Positions 20,634-30,566 of a DNA stretch of 64,000 nt are shown here, piece by piece. The DNA lies in the NCBI GenBank assembly GCA_943787795.1, contig CALSNU010000001.1, positions 1,312,001 through 1,376,000 of the forward strand. The letters are read 5' to 3'. How positions within the stretch are numbered: position 1 is the first letter of the stretch; every line of letters starts with the position of its first letter. This DNA comes from an uncultured bacterium (GTDB lineage: Bacteria; Planctomycetota; UBA1135; GCA-002686595). The notes under the pieces are model-generated. The model did not search any database. It saw only the letters and a program-made list of their open reading frames with translations, and was not told the DNA's origin. A program made the position numbers and the translations under genes.

Positions 20634-23069
20634 ATGTTCATCTCGATGAAGTGGCTCGCCCGTCACGTGGACCTCTCGGGCATCACGCCGGAGCAGCTCG
20701 CTGACGACCTCACCCTCTCCACCTGTGAGGTGGAGGGGATCGAACGCTTCGCCCCGCACATGTCCGACGTGGTCGTCGGCCACGTCCTGGAGCGCGAGCC
20801 GCACCCCGACGCGGACAAGCTGGGGGTGGCTCGGATCGACGTGGGCGGCGAAGAGCCGCTGCAGATCGTCTGCGGGGCGCCGAACCTCGCGCCGGGTCAG
20901 CGGGTCGCCGTGGCGACCATCGGCACGGTCTTGCCGGGCGACTTCAAGATCAAGAAGAGCAAGATCCGCGGCGTCGAGTCCCGCGGGATGATCTGCTCCG
21001 TGCGGGAGCTGGACCTTGGCGACGAGCACGACGGCATCTGGGTGCTCCCGGAGACGGACGGCAGCCCGCTCACCGTCGGCGCGCCTGTCGCCGCGGCGCT
21101 CGGCATGGAGGACTGGGTGATCGAGGTGGACAACAAGTCCCTCACGCACCGGCCGGACCTCTGGGGGCACCGGGGCATCGCCCGTGAGCTTGCCGCCATC
21201 TACGAGCGGGACCTCCTGCCCCTGGACCTGGAGCTGCCCGCGCTGGGGGCCGGCGAGCCCGTGCAGGTGCGCGTCGACGATCCTGCGTGCTCGCGCTACC
21301 TGGGTCTCGCCATTGACGGCGCCGAGAACGGTGCGTCTCCGGACTGGCTGCGTGAGCTCCTCCTGGCCGTGGGGCAGCGCCCCATCGATCTGCTGGTGGA
21401 CCTCTCCAACTTCGTCATGCTGGACCTCGGGCAGCCGAACCACGCCTTTGATCGGGATCAGCTGGCGGCGGACGGCATCGTCGTGCGCAAGGCCAGCGGC
21501 GGCGAGCGCATGACCACGCTCGACGGCGAGGAGCGCGAGCTGGTGGAGAGCGACCTCCTGATCACTTCCGGCGGCGCCCCCGTGGCGCTTGCCGGGGTGA
21601 TGGGCGGTGAGGGCTCCAAGGTGGGCGATGACACCGGCCGCTTGCTGCTTGAGTGCGCCACCTTCGATGCGACCACCGTCCGCCGGACCTCGGCGCGCCT
21701 CGCGCACCGTACCGATTCCTCCGCGCGCTTCGAGAAGACCCTGGACCCCACGCTCCCCGAGGCCGCCGCAGCGCACTTCGCGAAGCTCCTCCAGAGCCTG
21801 CAGCCGGGCGTCAGCTTCCCTTCCGCGCTCGCAGACGCGGGCGAGTGGTCGGACCCCGCGCGCTCCATCCATCTGCGCGGGGACGTGGTGCGTCGCGATC
21901 TCGGGGTCGACCTGGACGACGGCGCCATCGCGTCGATCCTCTCCCGCCTCGGGCTCACGCCGACCCCCGCCGACGGCGGCTTCGACGTGGCGATCCCGTC
22001 GGCGCGAGCGCTCAAGGACCTCACCATGGAGCGTGACCTTGTGGAGGAGGTCGGGCGGATCCACCGCTACGGCAGTGTCCCCGAGGCGCCGCTGGTGGGG
22101 GCCATCGAGCCGCCGCCCTTCGATCGGCGCCGCCAGATGGTGCGCGCCATCGAGGACCGCCTGGCGGGAGCCGCGCGCTTCCACCAGGTGCTCTCTTACT
22201 CCTTCACGCCGGACGATCTGCTGGAGCGCACGGGCTGCGCCGGCGGGGACTTTGTGCGGGCCGATAACCCGGTCGCGCCCGACATGGCGCGCATCCGGCG
22301 CGAGGTCTTGCCGTCGCTCCTGGGCCTGGTGGAGAGCGCCCGTCGCGAGCGCGACGTGGTGCGCCTGTTCGAGCTCGGGAAGGGCTACCGCCCCGAAGAG
22401 GCGGGTGAGGATGGGATGCCGCGGGAGGTGCACCAGCTCGCCATGGTGCTGGCGCTGCCGCCGACGGCGAGCGACGCCCCGTTCGACGCTGGCGCGTTCT
22501 TCCAATTGAGGGCCGCGGTGGACGACGTGATCTCCGCCGCGGGGGTCACCTCCCCCGGGTGGGCCTCGTCGGACTCCGCCCACCCTGCGGCGCACCCCGT
22601 CAAGCAGGTCGCCGGCTCCTGGTCCGAGGACCTCGAGGGCTGCGGATTTGTGGCCTCCATCGAGCCCGGCGTCGCCCGGTCTCTCGGACTCGAGGGAGAG
22701 CTCGCGAGCGACGTGGCCGTTGCGGTGCTCGACATCGACGCGCTGCTCGCTGCGCCGCCCTCGCCGCCTGCCTACAGGCCGCTGCCGAGGTTCCCGATGG
22801 TCAAGGTCGACGTGGCCTGCGTTGCGCCCTCTGAGATGCCCGCGGCGGAGCTTGGCGGCATGATCGAGAAGGCCGGGAAGGGTGCGGTACGTGACCTCCA
22901 GCTCTTCGATGTCTTCCGCGGTGAAGCGCTCGGTGAAGGGAAGAAGTCCCTGGCCTACCACGTGGTCCTGCAGTCAGAGACCAAGACGCTCACGGACAAG
23001 GACGCTCAGAAGTTCCTCGGCCGGCTTGAGCGATCCCTGGAGCAGCAGGGCGCAGCCCTGCGCAACTAG
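20634..23069 (+). CDS. pheT: Phenylalanine--tRNA ligase beta subunit
   Basis: HPDADKL, IVCGAPN, IRGVESRGMICS, DLVEEVGRIHRY, C-terminal FDX-ACB domain (GKKSLAY). Confidence 0.98.
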   Translation: MFISMKWLARHVDLSGITPEQLADDLTLSTCEVEGIERFAPHMSDVVVGHVLEREPHPDADKLGVARIDVGGEEPLQIVCGAPNLAPGQRVAVATIGTVLPGDFKIKKSKIRGVESRGMICSVRELDLGDEHDGIWVLPETDGSPLTVGAPVAAALGMEDWVIEVDNKSLTHRPDLWGHRGIARELAAIYERDLLPLDLELPALGAGEPVQVRVDDPACSRYLGLAIDGAENGASPDWLRELLLAVGQRPIDLLVDLSNFVMLDLGQPNHAFDRDQLAADGIVVRKASGGERMTTLDGEERELVESDLLITSGGAPVALAGVMGGEGSKVGDDTGRLLLECATFDATTVRRTSARLAHRTDSSARFEKTLDPTLPEAAAAHFAKLLQSLQPGVSFPSALADAGEWSDPARSIHLRGDVVRRDLGVDLDDGAIASILSRLGLTPTPADGGFDVAIPSARALKDLTMERDLVEEVGRIHRYGSVPEAPLVGAIEPPPFDRRRQMVRAIEDRLAGAARFHQVLSYSFTPDDLLERTGCAGGDFVRADNPVAPDMARIRREVLPSLLGLVESARRERDVVRLFELGKGYRPEEAGEDGMPREVHQLAMVLALPPTASDAPFDAGAFFQLRAAVDDVISAAGVTSPGWASSDSAHPAAHPVKQVAGSWSEDLEGCGFVASIEPGVARSLGLEGELASDVAVAVLDIDALLAAPPSPPAYRPLPRFPMVKVDVACVAPSEMPAAELGGMIEKAGKGAVRDLQLFDVFRGEALGEGKKSLAYHVVLQSETKTLTDKDAQKFLGRLERSLEQQGAALRN

Positions 23070-23071
23070 CG

Positions 23072-23539
23072 ATGGCGGCGCTGACGGATGCGAGGCTCGG
23101 GGAGATCCCCCTCGGTCCGGACGGGTACGGCGAGGCCCTCCTGGGGGTGGGGCCCTGGGTGATCCGCATCACCGTGGACGGGGGACCCGAGACCAGTGAA
23201 CCGGTGGACCTCTGCGGCGAGGACCCGGTGGGCCTCCTCGGTCGGGCTGCTCGCTGGGCGGCGGCTCCGGGCCATGAGACCGTGGACCTCTTCCTGGACC
23301 ATCACCTCTCGGAGTTCGCTCCGGACGAGCTCGAGGCCATCGCGGGCGAGCGCGCCCCTGAAGGAGTAGAGGGGCTGCGGGCGGTGCTCCAGCCCATCGC
23401 CGCCCACTTCGCCACGGACGCGAGCGGAGGGCGTCAGCTGGCCGTGGACGTGGGGTTCGGGCCGGACATCACGGAGGTGGTCCTCGTGGTCGAGGTGGAC
23501 CCTGAGGGCCAGCCGCTGTCGGTCGACGCGGAGAGCTGA
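23072..23539 (+). CDS. Hypothetical protein, DUF2004-like
   Basis: Starts 2 nt after pheT; FLDHHL and the C-terminal ITEVVLVVEVDPEG...VDAES resemble DUF2004 as I recall it. Confidence 0.6.
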   Translation: MAALTDARLGEIPLGPDGYGEALLGVGPWVIRITVDGGPETSEPVDLCGEDPVGLLGRAARWAAAPGHETVDLFLDHHLSEFAPDELEAIAGERAPEGVEGLRAVLQPIAAHFATDASGGRQLAVDVGFGPDITEVVLVVEVDPEGQPLSVDAES

Positions 23540-23593
23540 GGTCCAGCGCCGCCTTGTGCGCTACGGTGTCGGGCGCGCACCGCGCTCCCCTCC

Positions 23594-25372
23594 ATGCTGC
23601 ACACCATCGACTGGGCCATCCTCGCCACCTTCCTCGTCCTCTCCGTCGGTGTCGGCGTGGCGGTCTCCCGACGGGCCGGCTCGAGCTCCTCGGAGTTCTT
23701 CCTCTCGGGACGTTCCATGCCCTGGTGGCTCCTGGGGATCTCGATGGTCGCCACGACCTTCGCCGCCGATACGCCGCTGCTGGTGACCCAGATCGTGCGC
23801 GAGAGGGGCGTGGCGGGGAACTGGGTCTGGTGGGCATTCCTCCTGTCGGGGATGGTCACGGTCTTCATCTATGCCCGGCTCTGGGTGCGCGCTGGCGTGC
23901 GGACGGACGTGGAGTTCTACGAGCTGCGCTACTCGGGCCGCCCCGCGGCGTTCCTGCGCGGGTTCCGCTCGATCTACCTCGGGGTGATCTTCAACTCCAT
24001 CGGGATGGGCATCGTCACCCTGGCGCTGACCAAGATCTGCTCGGTGATGTTCGGCATCCCGGCCTGGCAGACGGTGCTCGTGGCCGGCGCGGTGACCATG
24101 CTGATCGCGTCCCTCGGCGGGCTCCGAGGCGTCCTGATCACCGACCTCTTCCAGTTCTTCCTCGCCATCGGGGGGGCGATCGCCGCGGCGGTGGTGTGTC
24201 TGGACCTCCCGGAGGTCGGCGGGCTCTCTGGGCTCCTCGCGCACCCCAACGTTGAGGGGAAGCTCGAGTTCCTCCCCGACTTCTCGAACCCCGACGTCTG
24301 GGTGCCGCTGTTCTTCATCCCGCTGGCGATCCAGTGGTGGAGCAGCTGGTACCCGGGCGCGGAGCCCGGCGGCGGCGGCTATATCGCACAGCGCATGCTC
24401 GCCGCCCGCAGCGAGGGGCACGCGGTGGGGGCGACGCTCTTCTTCAATGTCGCGCACTACGCGCTGCGGCCGTGGCCCTGGATCATCGTCGGCCTGACGT
24501 CCCTCGTCGTGTTCCCTGACCTCGCCTCCATCGAGGCGGCTTTCCCCGCAGCGGAACCAGGAGAGGATCTCGGCTACCCCGCGATGTTGACGCTGCTCCC
24601 CGCCGGGCTCCTCGGGCTCGTGCTCACCTCCTTGGTGGCGGCCTACATCTCTACCATGTCGACGCTGCTCAACCTCGGAGCGTCCTACGTGGTCTTCGAT
24701 TACTACCAGCGGTTCGTGAACCCCGAGGCGGACGAGGGGACGCTGGTGCGCTACGGGCGCATCGTCACCGTCACGCTGCTGGTCCTCTCGAGCCTCTTCG
24801 CCCTCGCGCTCGGCGACGCGCTCAACGGCTTCAATATCCTCCTGCAGGTGGGCGCGGGCACCGGCGCCATCTACCTGCTCCGCTGGCTCTGGTGGCGCGT
24901 CAACGCCTGGACGGAGATCGTCGGCATGACGGTCTCGTTCCTCGTGGCGCTCTACTTCCAGTTCGTCCACGAGAGCCTCTTCCCTCCGCTGGCCTCCTGG
25001 ATTCAGTTCAGCGCCGGGGTGGCGATCACCACCGTGTCCTGGATCGTCGCCACCCTCGTGACCGCCCCCACGGACCTCGTCACGCTCCGGCGCTTCTACG
25101 CGACGGTGCGCCCCTCGGGCTCGCTCTGGGCGGGCTTCCGGGCTCGCTGCCAGGCGACCGGAGAGCCCGCCGACGCGGTGGAGCCGGGGGTGTTCACCCG
25201 CGGGCTGCTGGCCACGTCGCTGGGCTGCGCGATGGTGTACGCCGCGCTCTTCGGTACGGGCTTCGCCCTTTACGGAGAGGTCCCCGAGGCCATCGCGGCG
25301 TCGGCCGTGGCGGTCCTCTCTCTGATCGGGATCTGGCGCCTGCAGCGGCAAGGGGCCTCTGCGGCCGCCTGA
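23594..25372 (+). CDS. Sodium:solute symporter family transporter
   Basis: EFFLSGRSMPWWLLGISMVATTF, YIAQRMLAA, AAYISTMST; many TM helices. Confidence 0.93.
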   Translation: MLHTIDWAILATFLVLSVGVGVAVSRRAGSSSSEFFLSGRSMPWWLLGISMVATTFAADTPLLVTQIVRERGVAGNWVWWAFLLSGMVTVFIYARLWVRAGVRTDVEFYELRYSGRPAAFLRGFRSIYLGVIFNSIGMGIVTLALTKICSVMFGIPAWQTVLVAGAVTMLIASLGGLRGVLITDLFQFFLAIGGAIAAAVVCLDLPEVGGLSGLLAHPNVEGKLEFLPDFSNPDVWVPLFFIPLAIQWWSSWYPGAEPGGGGYIAQRMLAARSEGHAVGATLFFNVAHYALRPWPWIIVGLTSLVVFPDLASIEAAFPAAEPGEDLGYPAMLTLLPAGLLGLVLTSLVAAYISTMSTLLNLGASYVVFDYYQRFVNPEADEGTLVRYGRIVTVTLLVLSSLFALALGDALNGFNILLQVGAGTGAIYLLRWLWWRVNAWTEIVGMTVSFLVALYFQFVHESLFPPLASWIQFSAGVAITTVSWIVATLVTAPTDLVTLRRFYATVRPSGSLWAGFRARCQATGEPADAVEPGVFTRGLLATSLGCAMVYAALFGTGFALYGEVPEAIAASAVAVLSLIGIWRLQRQGASAAA

Positions 25373-25471
25373 GCAAGGTCCCGTCTCATGGGATGACACC
25401 TCCGGGGCCGGGGCGGGCCTCCGGGTTCCTCGGGCGGCCCCGGCGGGGTGGTGGGCTACACTTCGGATGCC

Positions 25472-26887
25472 TTGAAGGTCGTCCTCGTCAACCCGCCCAG
25501 TCCGCCCGAGTTCCGCGTCAGCCGCGGGCTGATGGGGGGCTTCGGGATGGCCGTGAACCCCGAGCTGCTCTACCCGCCCATCGAGTTGGCCCACGTTGCG
25601 GGGGCGCTGCTGGAGGACGGTCACGACGTCGCCATCATCGACGGCGACGCCCTGGGCGTCGACCTCGACGGAGCCCTCGCGAGGGTCAAGGCGGAGGCGC
25701 CGGCGCTCGTCGTGTTGGACTCATCGAGCACCTCGCTGGATCAGGACCTCGAGCTTGCGGGCCGGGTCCGCGAGGCCACCGGCGCCCTGACCGGGATGCT
25801 CGGGAGCCAGGTGACCTTCACCCCCGACGAGATCTTCAGCGGCGGTCGGATCGACTTCGTCGTGCGCGGCGAGCCGGAGCACACGGTCCAGGAGGTCGCG
25901 GCTCGTGCGGCCCGGGGCGAGGCGCTCGATGGCACCCCCGGCATCACGCGGCGTTCCGAGGACGGTGAGGTCGTGCACGAGGAGGAGCGGGCGAAGATCT
26001 CCGACCTCGACGCGCTGCCGCTGCCCGCCCGGCAGCTCTTGAACAACGCCGCCTATCGCTTCCCCGGAGTCGACGGGGCGATCACCACGGTGAAGTCCTC
26101 TCGGGGTTGCCCGCTCAACTGCTCCTTCTGCGGCTACACCCTGGCCCAGGGGCTGCGCTTCCGGTTCCGGAGCCCTGCCCACGTGCTCCGCGAGCTCGAG
26201 GACCTCTACTTCAACCACGGCATCCGTCACGTGGTCTTCCGCGACCCGATCTTCACCACGCGCAAGGACCGCGTCGCTGACATCTGCGACGGGATCGTCG
26301 CGGCGGGCATGACCGAGCTCGAGTGGCAGTGCGAGACGGCCGTGAAGACGCTCGATCGTGAGCTGCTCGAGAAGATGGCCCGGGCGGGCTGCAAGCACAT
26401 CTCCCTCGGCGTCGAGTCAGGCAACGACGAGATCCAGAAGAAGCACTGCGGCAACAAGCTCAGCGATCTCGACAAGGCCCATGAGGTGTTCCGCGCGTGC
26501 CGGGACGTGGGGATCGAGACCCGCGCGTTCTGCATGATCGGCTTCCCCGAGGAGACCCCGGCCATGGCCGATGAGACCCTCGCGCTCGTGGACTCTCTGG
26601 ACCCTGACCAGGTGCAGTTCTGTGCGGTGACCGCGTATCCCGGGACACCGCTGCACGAGATGCTGCGCGGGACGCGTGAGTTCGACTACGCGTCGATGAC
26701 GGGCTTCCAGGCCCTCGAGGGCAACGAGCACATGAGCGCCGCAGCGATCGAGGCCAAGATCCGCGAGGGCTACCGCCGCTTCTACCGCCGGCCCAAGCGA
26801 GTGTTCCGGGAGCTGCGAGATCCGCGGCGGCTCGCGGGGCGCCTGGCTCGCTACATGACGCTCTTCCGACGCCGGGCGGCGGTGTGA
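25472..26887 (+). CDS. B12-binding domain radical SAM protein
   Basis: N-terminal Rossmann-like domain (VVLVNPP, YPPIELA, DFVVRGEPE); SSRGCPLNCSFC (CxxxCxxC); LGVESG, MIGFPEET, YPGTPL. TTG start at 25472 (alternative GTG 25448). Confidence 0.92.
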   Translation: MKVVLVNPPSPPEFRVSRGLMGGFGMAVNPELLYPPIELAHVAGALLEDGHDVAIIDGDALGVDLDGALARVKAEAPALVVLDSSSTSLDQDLELAGRVREATGALTGMLGSQVTFTPDEIFSGGRIDFVVRGEPEHTVQEVAARAARGEALDGTPGITRRSEDGEVVHEEERAKISDLDALPLPARQLLNNAAYRFPGVDGAITTVKSSRGCPLNCSFCGYTLAQGLRFRFRSPAHVLRELEDLYFNHGIRHVVFRDPIFTTRKDRVADICDGIVAAGMTELEWQCETAVKTLDRELLEKMARAGCKHISLGVESGNDEIQKKHCGNKLSDLDKAHEVFRACRDVGIETRAFCMIGFPEETPAMADETLALVDSLDPDQVQFCAVTAYPGTPLHEMLRGTREFDYASMTGFQALEGNEHMSAAAIEAKIREGYRRFYRRPKRVFRELRDPRRLAGRLARYMTLFRRRAAV

Positions 26888-26908
26888 CCAAGGCGGCGGT
26901 GTGACCAA
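26875..26908. repeat. Perfect 17-bp tandem duplication spanning the stop codon
   Basis: ggcggcggtgtgaccaa x2. Confidence 0.9.
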
Positions 26909-26912
26909 GAGA

Positions 26913-26947
26913 GAGGGCCCCGGCGAGCAATGCTCGCCGGGGCCCTC
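26913..26947 (+). terminator. Perfect 17-bp inverted repeat, probable terminator
   Basis: gagggccccggcgagca-a-tgctcgccggggccctc shortly after the radical SAM gene; only a weak U-tract. Confidence 0.7.
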
Positions 26948-27400
26948 CGCTTCTCGGTCCCGCCTGTGACTCCAAGCCTGCGCGAGGCGGTGGTCGCGAC
27001 CGTGCCGGTCACCTCTCGGTGTCGACTGGCCGGATGTCCTGCTCGTCGGAGGCCGAAGCCTCCTTCACCCGGCCGGGTGCGGTCCTCCGCCGGGGGGGTC
27101 CCGGACCGACCGTGAGGTCGGCGGTCGGGCGACCGCGCTGGCGCTGGAGTCTGGCTGGTAAAGAGCACGCGCGGTCCCTGCTCCGCGCGATCAACCATGC
27201 ATCCGAGGCCCACGGCGAAGCGGGGCCGGATTCTTCGAGAATCTGTCGCGAAGGAGGCCGCCGCCGCGCCCAGGGGCGATGGAGCGCCCTGCCAGCGCTC
27301 ACCTGGTCGCGGCGAGGGCGTCCCCGTGCTTCAGGAGGGCGGAGCGTTCAGGCCCGGCTCCCGATGCTCCACCCCGGTGCGCCGAGCACCCTCGGAGCGC

Positions 27401-27444
27401 GCTGCTCGGTCGGGCTACTCGGTCGGGCTACTCGGTCGGGCTGC
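27401..27444. repeat. 13-bp tandem repeat, about 3.4 copies
   Basis: gctgctcggtcgg / gctactcggtcgg x2 / gctgc. Confidence 0.9.
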
Positions 27445-27766
27445 GCCGACCGGGGGTCACCATGGCGCCACCCTGCCGTGTCCGGTGGGCTCCTGGGAGA
27501 CCGGTGGTGCACGCTTTACGGGCCCGGAGATTCGGGCCAAGGACAACGAGCCCCTCAGCACCGTCGAAGCTCCTGCGCTCAACCACTCTGCGGGCCACAC
27601 CCGCCATCCAGGAGCGTTCTAGGTCCCTCGACCTGTTCGGCGCGGGTGGAGGTGCGCGGACCACCCTGGGGCTGACGCATGGCGCCGGGCGACCCCGGGG
27701 TAGCACAGGGGCGCGCGGCCCTCGTCTGACTCCACTGGATCTCAGCTGCGTGGCCGCAGCGTGGGA

Positions 27767-27925
27767 TCAGGCCTGAGCGTAGCTCGACTCGGTGAGATCG
27801 ACCCAGGTCAGGCTCTCGTCCGACGGGTCGTAGACCTGCACCCAGGAGTTCCAGCGGGCGACGACCTGGACGCGACGGGCCTCGGGCCGGGGCGTGTCGG
27901 GGGCGTCAGCGGGGGGCTCGTACAT
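27767..27925 (-). CDS. Small hypothetical protein (52 aa)
   Basis: MYEPPADAPDTPRPEARRVQVVARWNSWVQVYDPSDESLTWVDLTESSYAQA; GC3-biased codons and a beta-strand-like pattern. Confidence 0.45.
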   Translation of the reverse strand: MYEPPADAPDTPRPEARRVQVVARWNSWVQVYDPSDESLTWVDLTESSYAQA

Positions 27926-27941
27926 CGTCAGCGGCGTGGCC

Positions 27942-27983
27942 AAAAAAAGGAGGCTCCTTCCGGGAGGGGTTCCGGAAGGAGCC
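27942..27983 (-). terminator. Intrinsic terminator
   Basis: Minus strand GGCTCCTTCCGG-AACCCCTC-CCGGAAGGAGCC-TCC-T7. Confidence 0.8.
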
Positions 27984-28082
27984 GGGTTCGCACATGAACC
28001 ATGAGGCACACAACTCTTCGTCAGCGGGGGGCGCAACTGGCCCCCTTATGGCCAAAAAAACAGTGCCGTGGGGCGGCGATTC

Positions 28083-30566
28083 TCAGCGAGTCAGCCGCGG
28101 ATTGAGGAATCGAACGGGCGTGTCGCTCGTGGTCACGCCGATCCGGCCCTCGGAGATCGAGGGGGGGCCGTCGATCTTGCCGATGACCTCGCCGTCGATC
28201 AGGAACCGCGTGGCCTGGAGGCCGACGTCGATCCCCATGGTGAAGGCCTCCCCGGCCTTGAGGCGTGACTTGGCCTTGAACTGCGGATCGAACTTGGGCT
28301 GGCGGGTTTGCTCGTCGAAGTCGAGGATGCCGGCCCGGCCGCTCTTGCCCAGGCGCACATAGCTCTTCTCCCCCGAGAGGCTCCCCGCGTACGTGAGACC
28401 CAGCAGCGGGAAGTCCCCGGTGTCCTCCACGATCACGTCCACCTCGAACAGGAACGTCTTGGGCGGCTCCTGGATCAAGGAGGCGGTGGCGTAGCCGCCG
28501 CCGCAGCGGAGCCCCGTGGTCCCGTCCTCCTCGGCGAACGCGTCCCAGTTGCCCGAGACCTCCCAGCCCTCAAGGTCCGAGGGGATGGCCAGCCGGCGCA
28601 CCCGGCGCACGTCGACCCCGGAGGTCTCCATGATCTCGTCCGCTTGGGCGAGCAGGGCTCCCTCGCCGCCCACCACGTCGCTCGCGAGCTTGAGGGTCTG
28701 CAGGGCGACGCGAGGATACCCCGCCTCCAACCAGCCGTCGGCCTCTGCCTTGGCGGCCTCAACGAAGGACGAGTAGCTATCCTCGATGAGCTCGCCGAGG
28801 GACCGGTTGACCTTCTTGATGCCGGCGAGCCCTGCGGCGGCCGCCTCGGCCCCCGTGCCGTCGTAGTGGGCGAGGGCGGCGTCGCGGTCCGCCTGGGCGC
28901 GGCCCACGGAGACCAGCCGGCGGAAGGCGAAGAGGGCCGCGTCCTGGCTCTTGAGCTGGGTGAGCGTCTCGCCGAGCAGGCGCAGGGCCAGGGGGTCGTC
29001 GGGGCGCTTGCGGAGCGCCCAGCGGAGGGAGTCCACCGCGTACTCGAGCTTCTCGAACTCGAGCTGCTTCTTGGCGCGCGCGATCAGGACGTCGGCCTGC
29101 TCGGGGCCGCCGAACTCGATGCGAGAGAGGTTGAGGATCCACTCCTGCCAGCGCCGCTCGAGGTCCTCGTAGCTCTCCACCCCGGGGAGCTCGGCCTCCT
29201 CCACGAAGTACTTCTTGAAGCGCTTGCCGACGTTCTTCTCCTCACCGGAGTCGGTGTAGGAGAGCATGAAGTCCTTGTAGATCGGCTCGTACACGCGCTC
29301 GCACGAGTCGTTCTCGTAGTTCATGCAGAAGTACACCATCGCCCACCCAAACGAGTAGTGGGACCCCGGGTACGACCCCGGCGCGAAGTACGTCACCACG
29401 TCCCAAAGGTCCACCGCGTCAGGGTTGGGGTCGAGCTTGTCCACGCTGACCGGGTCGCTGGGGTTTCTGCCGCCGATCTGAATGACGACGCTGCGCAGGC
29501 GCGATTCGGGGATGCGGTTGGTCTCGACGAAGCCGCCCGGGAGGATCGCTGCGCCCTCGAAGTAGCTGGCCGTCCCCTCGTTGAGCCAGGTCGGGATGAG
29601 CGTCTTCCAGACCATGCGCGTGAACTGGTGGGAGGCCTCGTGGTACAGCGTCGTCCAGAGCTCCTCGATGGACTGCTTCATGAACCCCTCGGCGGTGCGG
29701 GGGTCATAGGTGCTCACGCTGTTCTCGGAGGGGCTGTAGAACCCGGCGACGGTGTCACCCGTGCCCGGGTTGTACGTGTCGAACTCGCCCCTCGTCTTCC
29801 AGACCCGGACCTCGCAGCGGCGCATGCTCCCACCGCCCTTCTTGTAGTCGAAGATCTTCCGGTAGAACTGGTTCATCTGCTCCATGGCGCTGAGGATGGC
29901 CTCGGCCATCTCCACGCCCATGTTGGTCTGGATGGTGTAGTTCTTGCCCTTGAGCTCGAAGGCGTCCTCCCACTCCACGTGCTTGGCGTCGATGCGTGCG
30001 ATCTCGCGGGCGCTGCGGCGCTGGCGGTTCTTGACCTTGACGGGGACCCCCGACTCCAGCATCGCCTGGACGGCCTTCTTGTTCTTGAAGAGCTTCTCGA
30101 GCTTGGCGGTGGCGGCCGCGCCGTACGGGGTGCCATCGAGGCCGCCGAGCATGTCCGCGGAGTTGGCGTAGAGCTTGCCGCTCTGGCAGATCTTCGCCAG
30201 CTGCATGATGCTCTTGGCGTACGCGCCGGTGGCGGTGCCGAGGGACGGCAGCTCCACCCCGATCTCCTCACGCAGGGCCTTGAGGCGCTTGTCCACGGTC
30301 TTGGCCTGCCGGCTGTCCGCGGCCATCAGCTTGGCCAGCTCGGCGTACCACAGCGCCGCGTCGTCGTCGTCCTCGCTGAACGCCGCCTCGGCGGCGGCCA
30401 TGAGGAGCTTGGGGTCGTCAGGCGCCGACTGGAGCGCGCGCTCGGCCTCCTCGAGGTCATCGGCGGAGGCCGCGGGCAGCAGGCCGAGTCCGATCGTGGC
30501 GGTGACGAACGCGGCGGCGGCGGTCGCCGGGAGGTGGCGCAGGTGCGTGCGTAGGGAGAGCTTCAT
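28083..30566 (-). CDS. Secreted DUF1570-type zincin-like protein with TPR segments and a C-terminal beta-sandwich
   Basis: Signal peptide (ASA-DD); AGFYSP, LYHEASHQF (HExxH), PTWLNEGTASYFE; TPR-like ALRKRPDDPLALRLLGE. Confidence 0.85.
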   Translation of the reverse strand: MKLSLRTHLRHLPATAAAAFVTATIGLGLLPAASADDLEEAERALQSAPDDPKLLMAAAEAAFSEDDDDAALWYAELAKLMAADSRQAKTVDKRLKALREEIGVELPSLGTATGAYAKSIMQLAKICQSGKLYANSADMLGGLDGTPYGAAATAKLEKLFKNKKAVQAMLESGVPVKVKNRQRRSAREIARIDAKHVEWEDAFELKGKNYTIQTNMGVEMAEAILSAMEQMNQFYRKIFDYKKGGGSMRRCEVRVWKTRGEFDTYNPGTGDTVAGFYSPSENSVSTYDPRTAEGFMKQSIEELWTTLYHEASHQFTRMVWKTLIPTWLNEGTASYFEGAAILPGGFVETNRIPESRLRSVVIQIGGRNPSDPVSVDKLDPNPDAVDLWDVVTYFAPGSYPGSHYSFGWAMVYFCMNYENDSCERVYEPIYKDFMLSYTDSGEEKNVGKRFKKYFVEEAELPGVESYEDLERRWQEWILNLSRIEFGGPEQADVLIARAKKQLEFEKLEYAVDSLRWALRKRPDDPLALRLLGETLTQLKSQDAALFAFRRLVSVGRAQADRDAALAHYDGTGAEAAAAGLAGIKKVNRSLGELIEDSYSSFVEAAKAEADGWLEAGYPRVALQTLKLASDVVGGEGALLAQADEIMETSGVDVRRVRRLAIPSDLEGWEVSGNWDAFAEEDGTTGLRCGGGYATASLIQEPPKTFLFEVDVIVEDTGDFPLLGLTYAGSLSGEKSYVRLGKSGRAGILDFDEQTRQPKFDPQFKAKSRLKAGEAFTMGIDVGLQATRFLIDGEVIGKIDGPPSISEGRIGVTTSDTPVRFLNPRLTR

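Noticed and set aside
26875..26947. 17-bp duplication plus inverted repeat as a mobile-element scar
   Set aside because: The copies are adjacent rather than flanking an insert, and there is no transposase or integrase in the window
25373..27766. Cobalamin riboswitch near the B12-radical SAM gene
   Set aside because: No B12-box or other conserved riboswitch elements recognised; the upstream gap is only about 100 nt
28030..28056. Sigma54 promoter (TGGC...TTGC) on the minus strand
   Set aside because: The spacing does not fit GG-N10-GC
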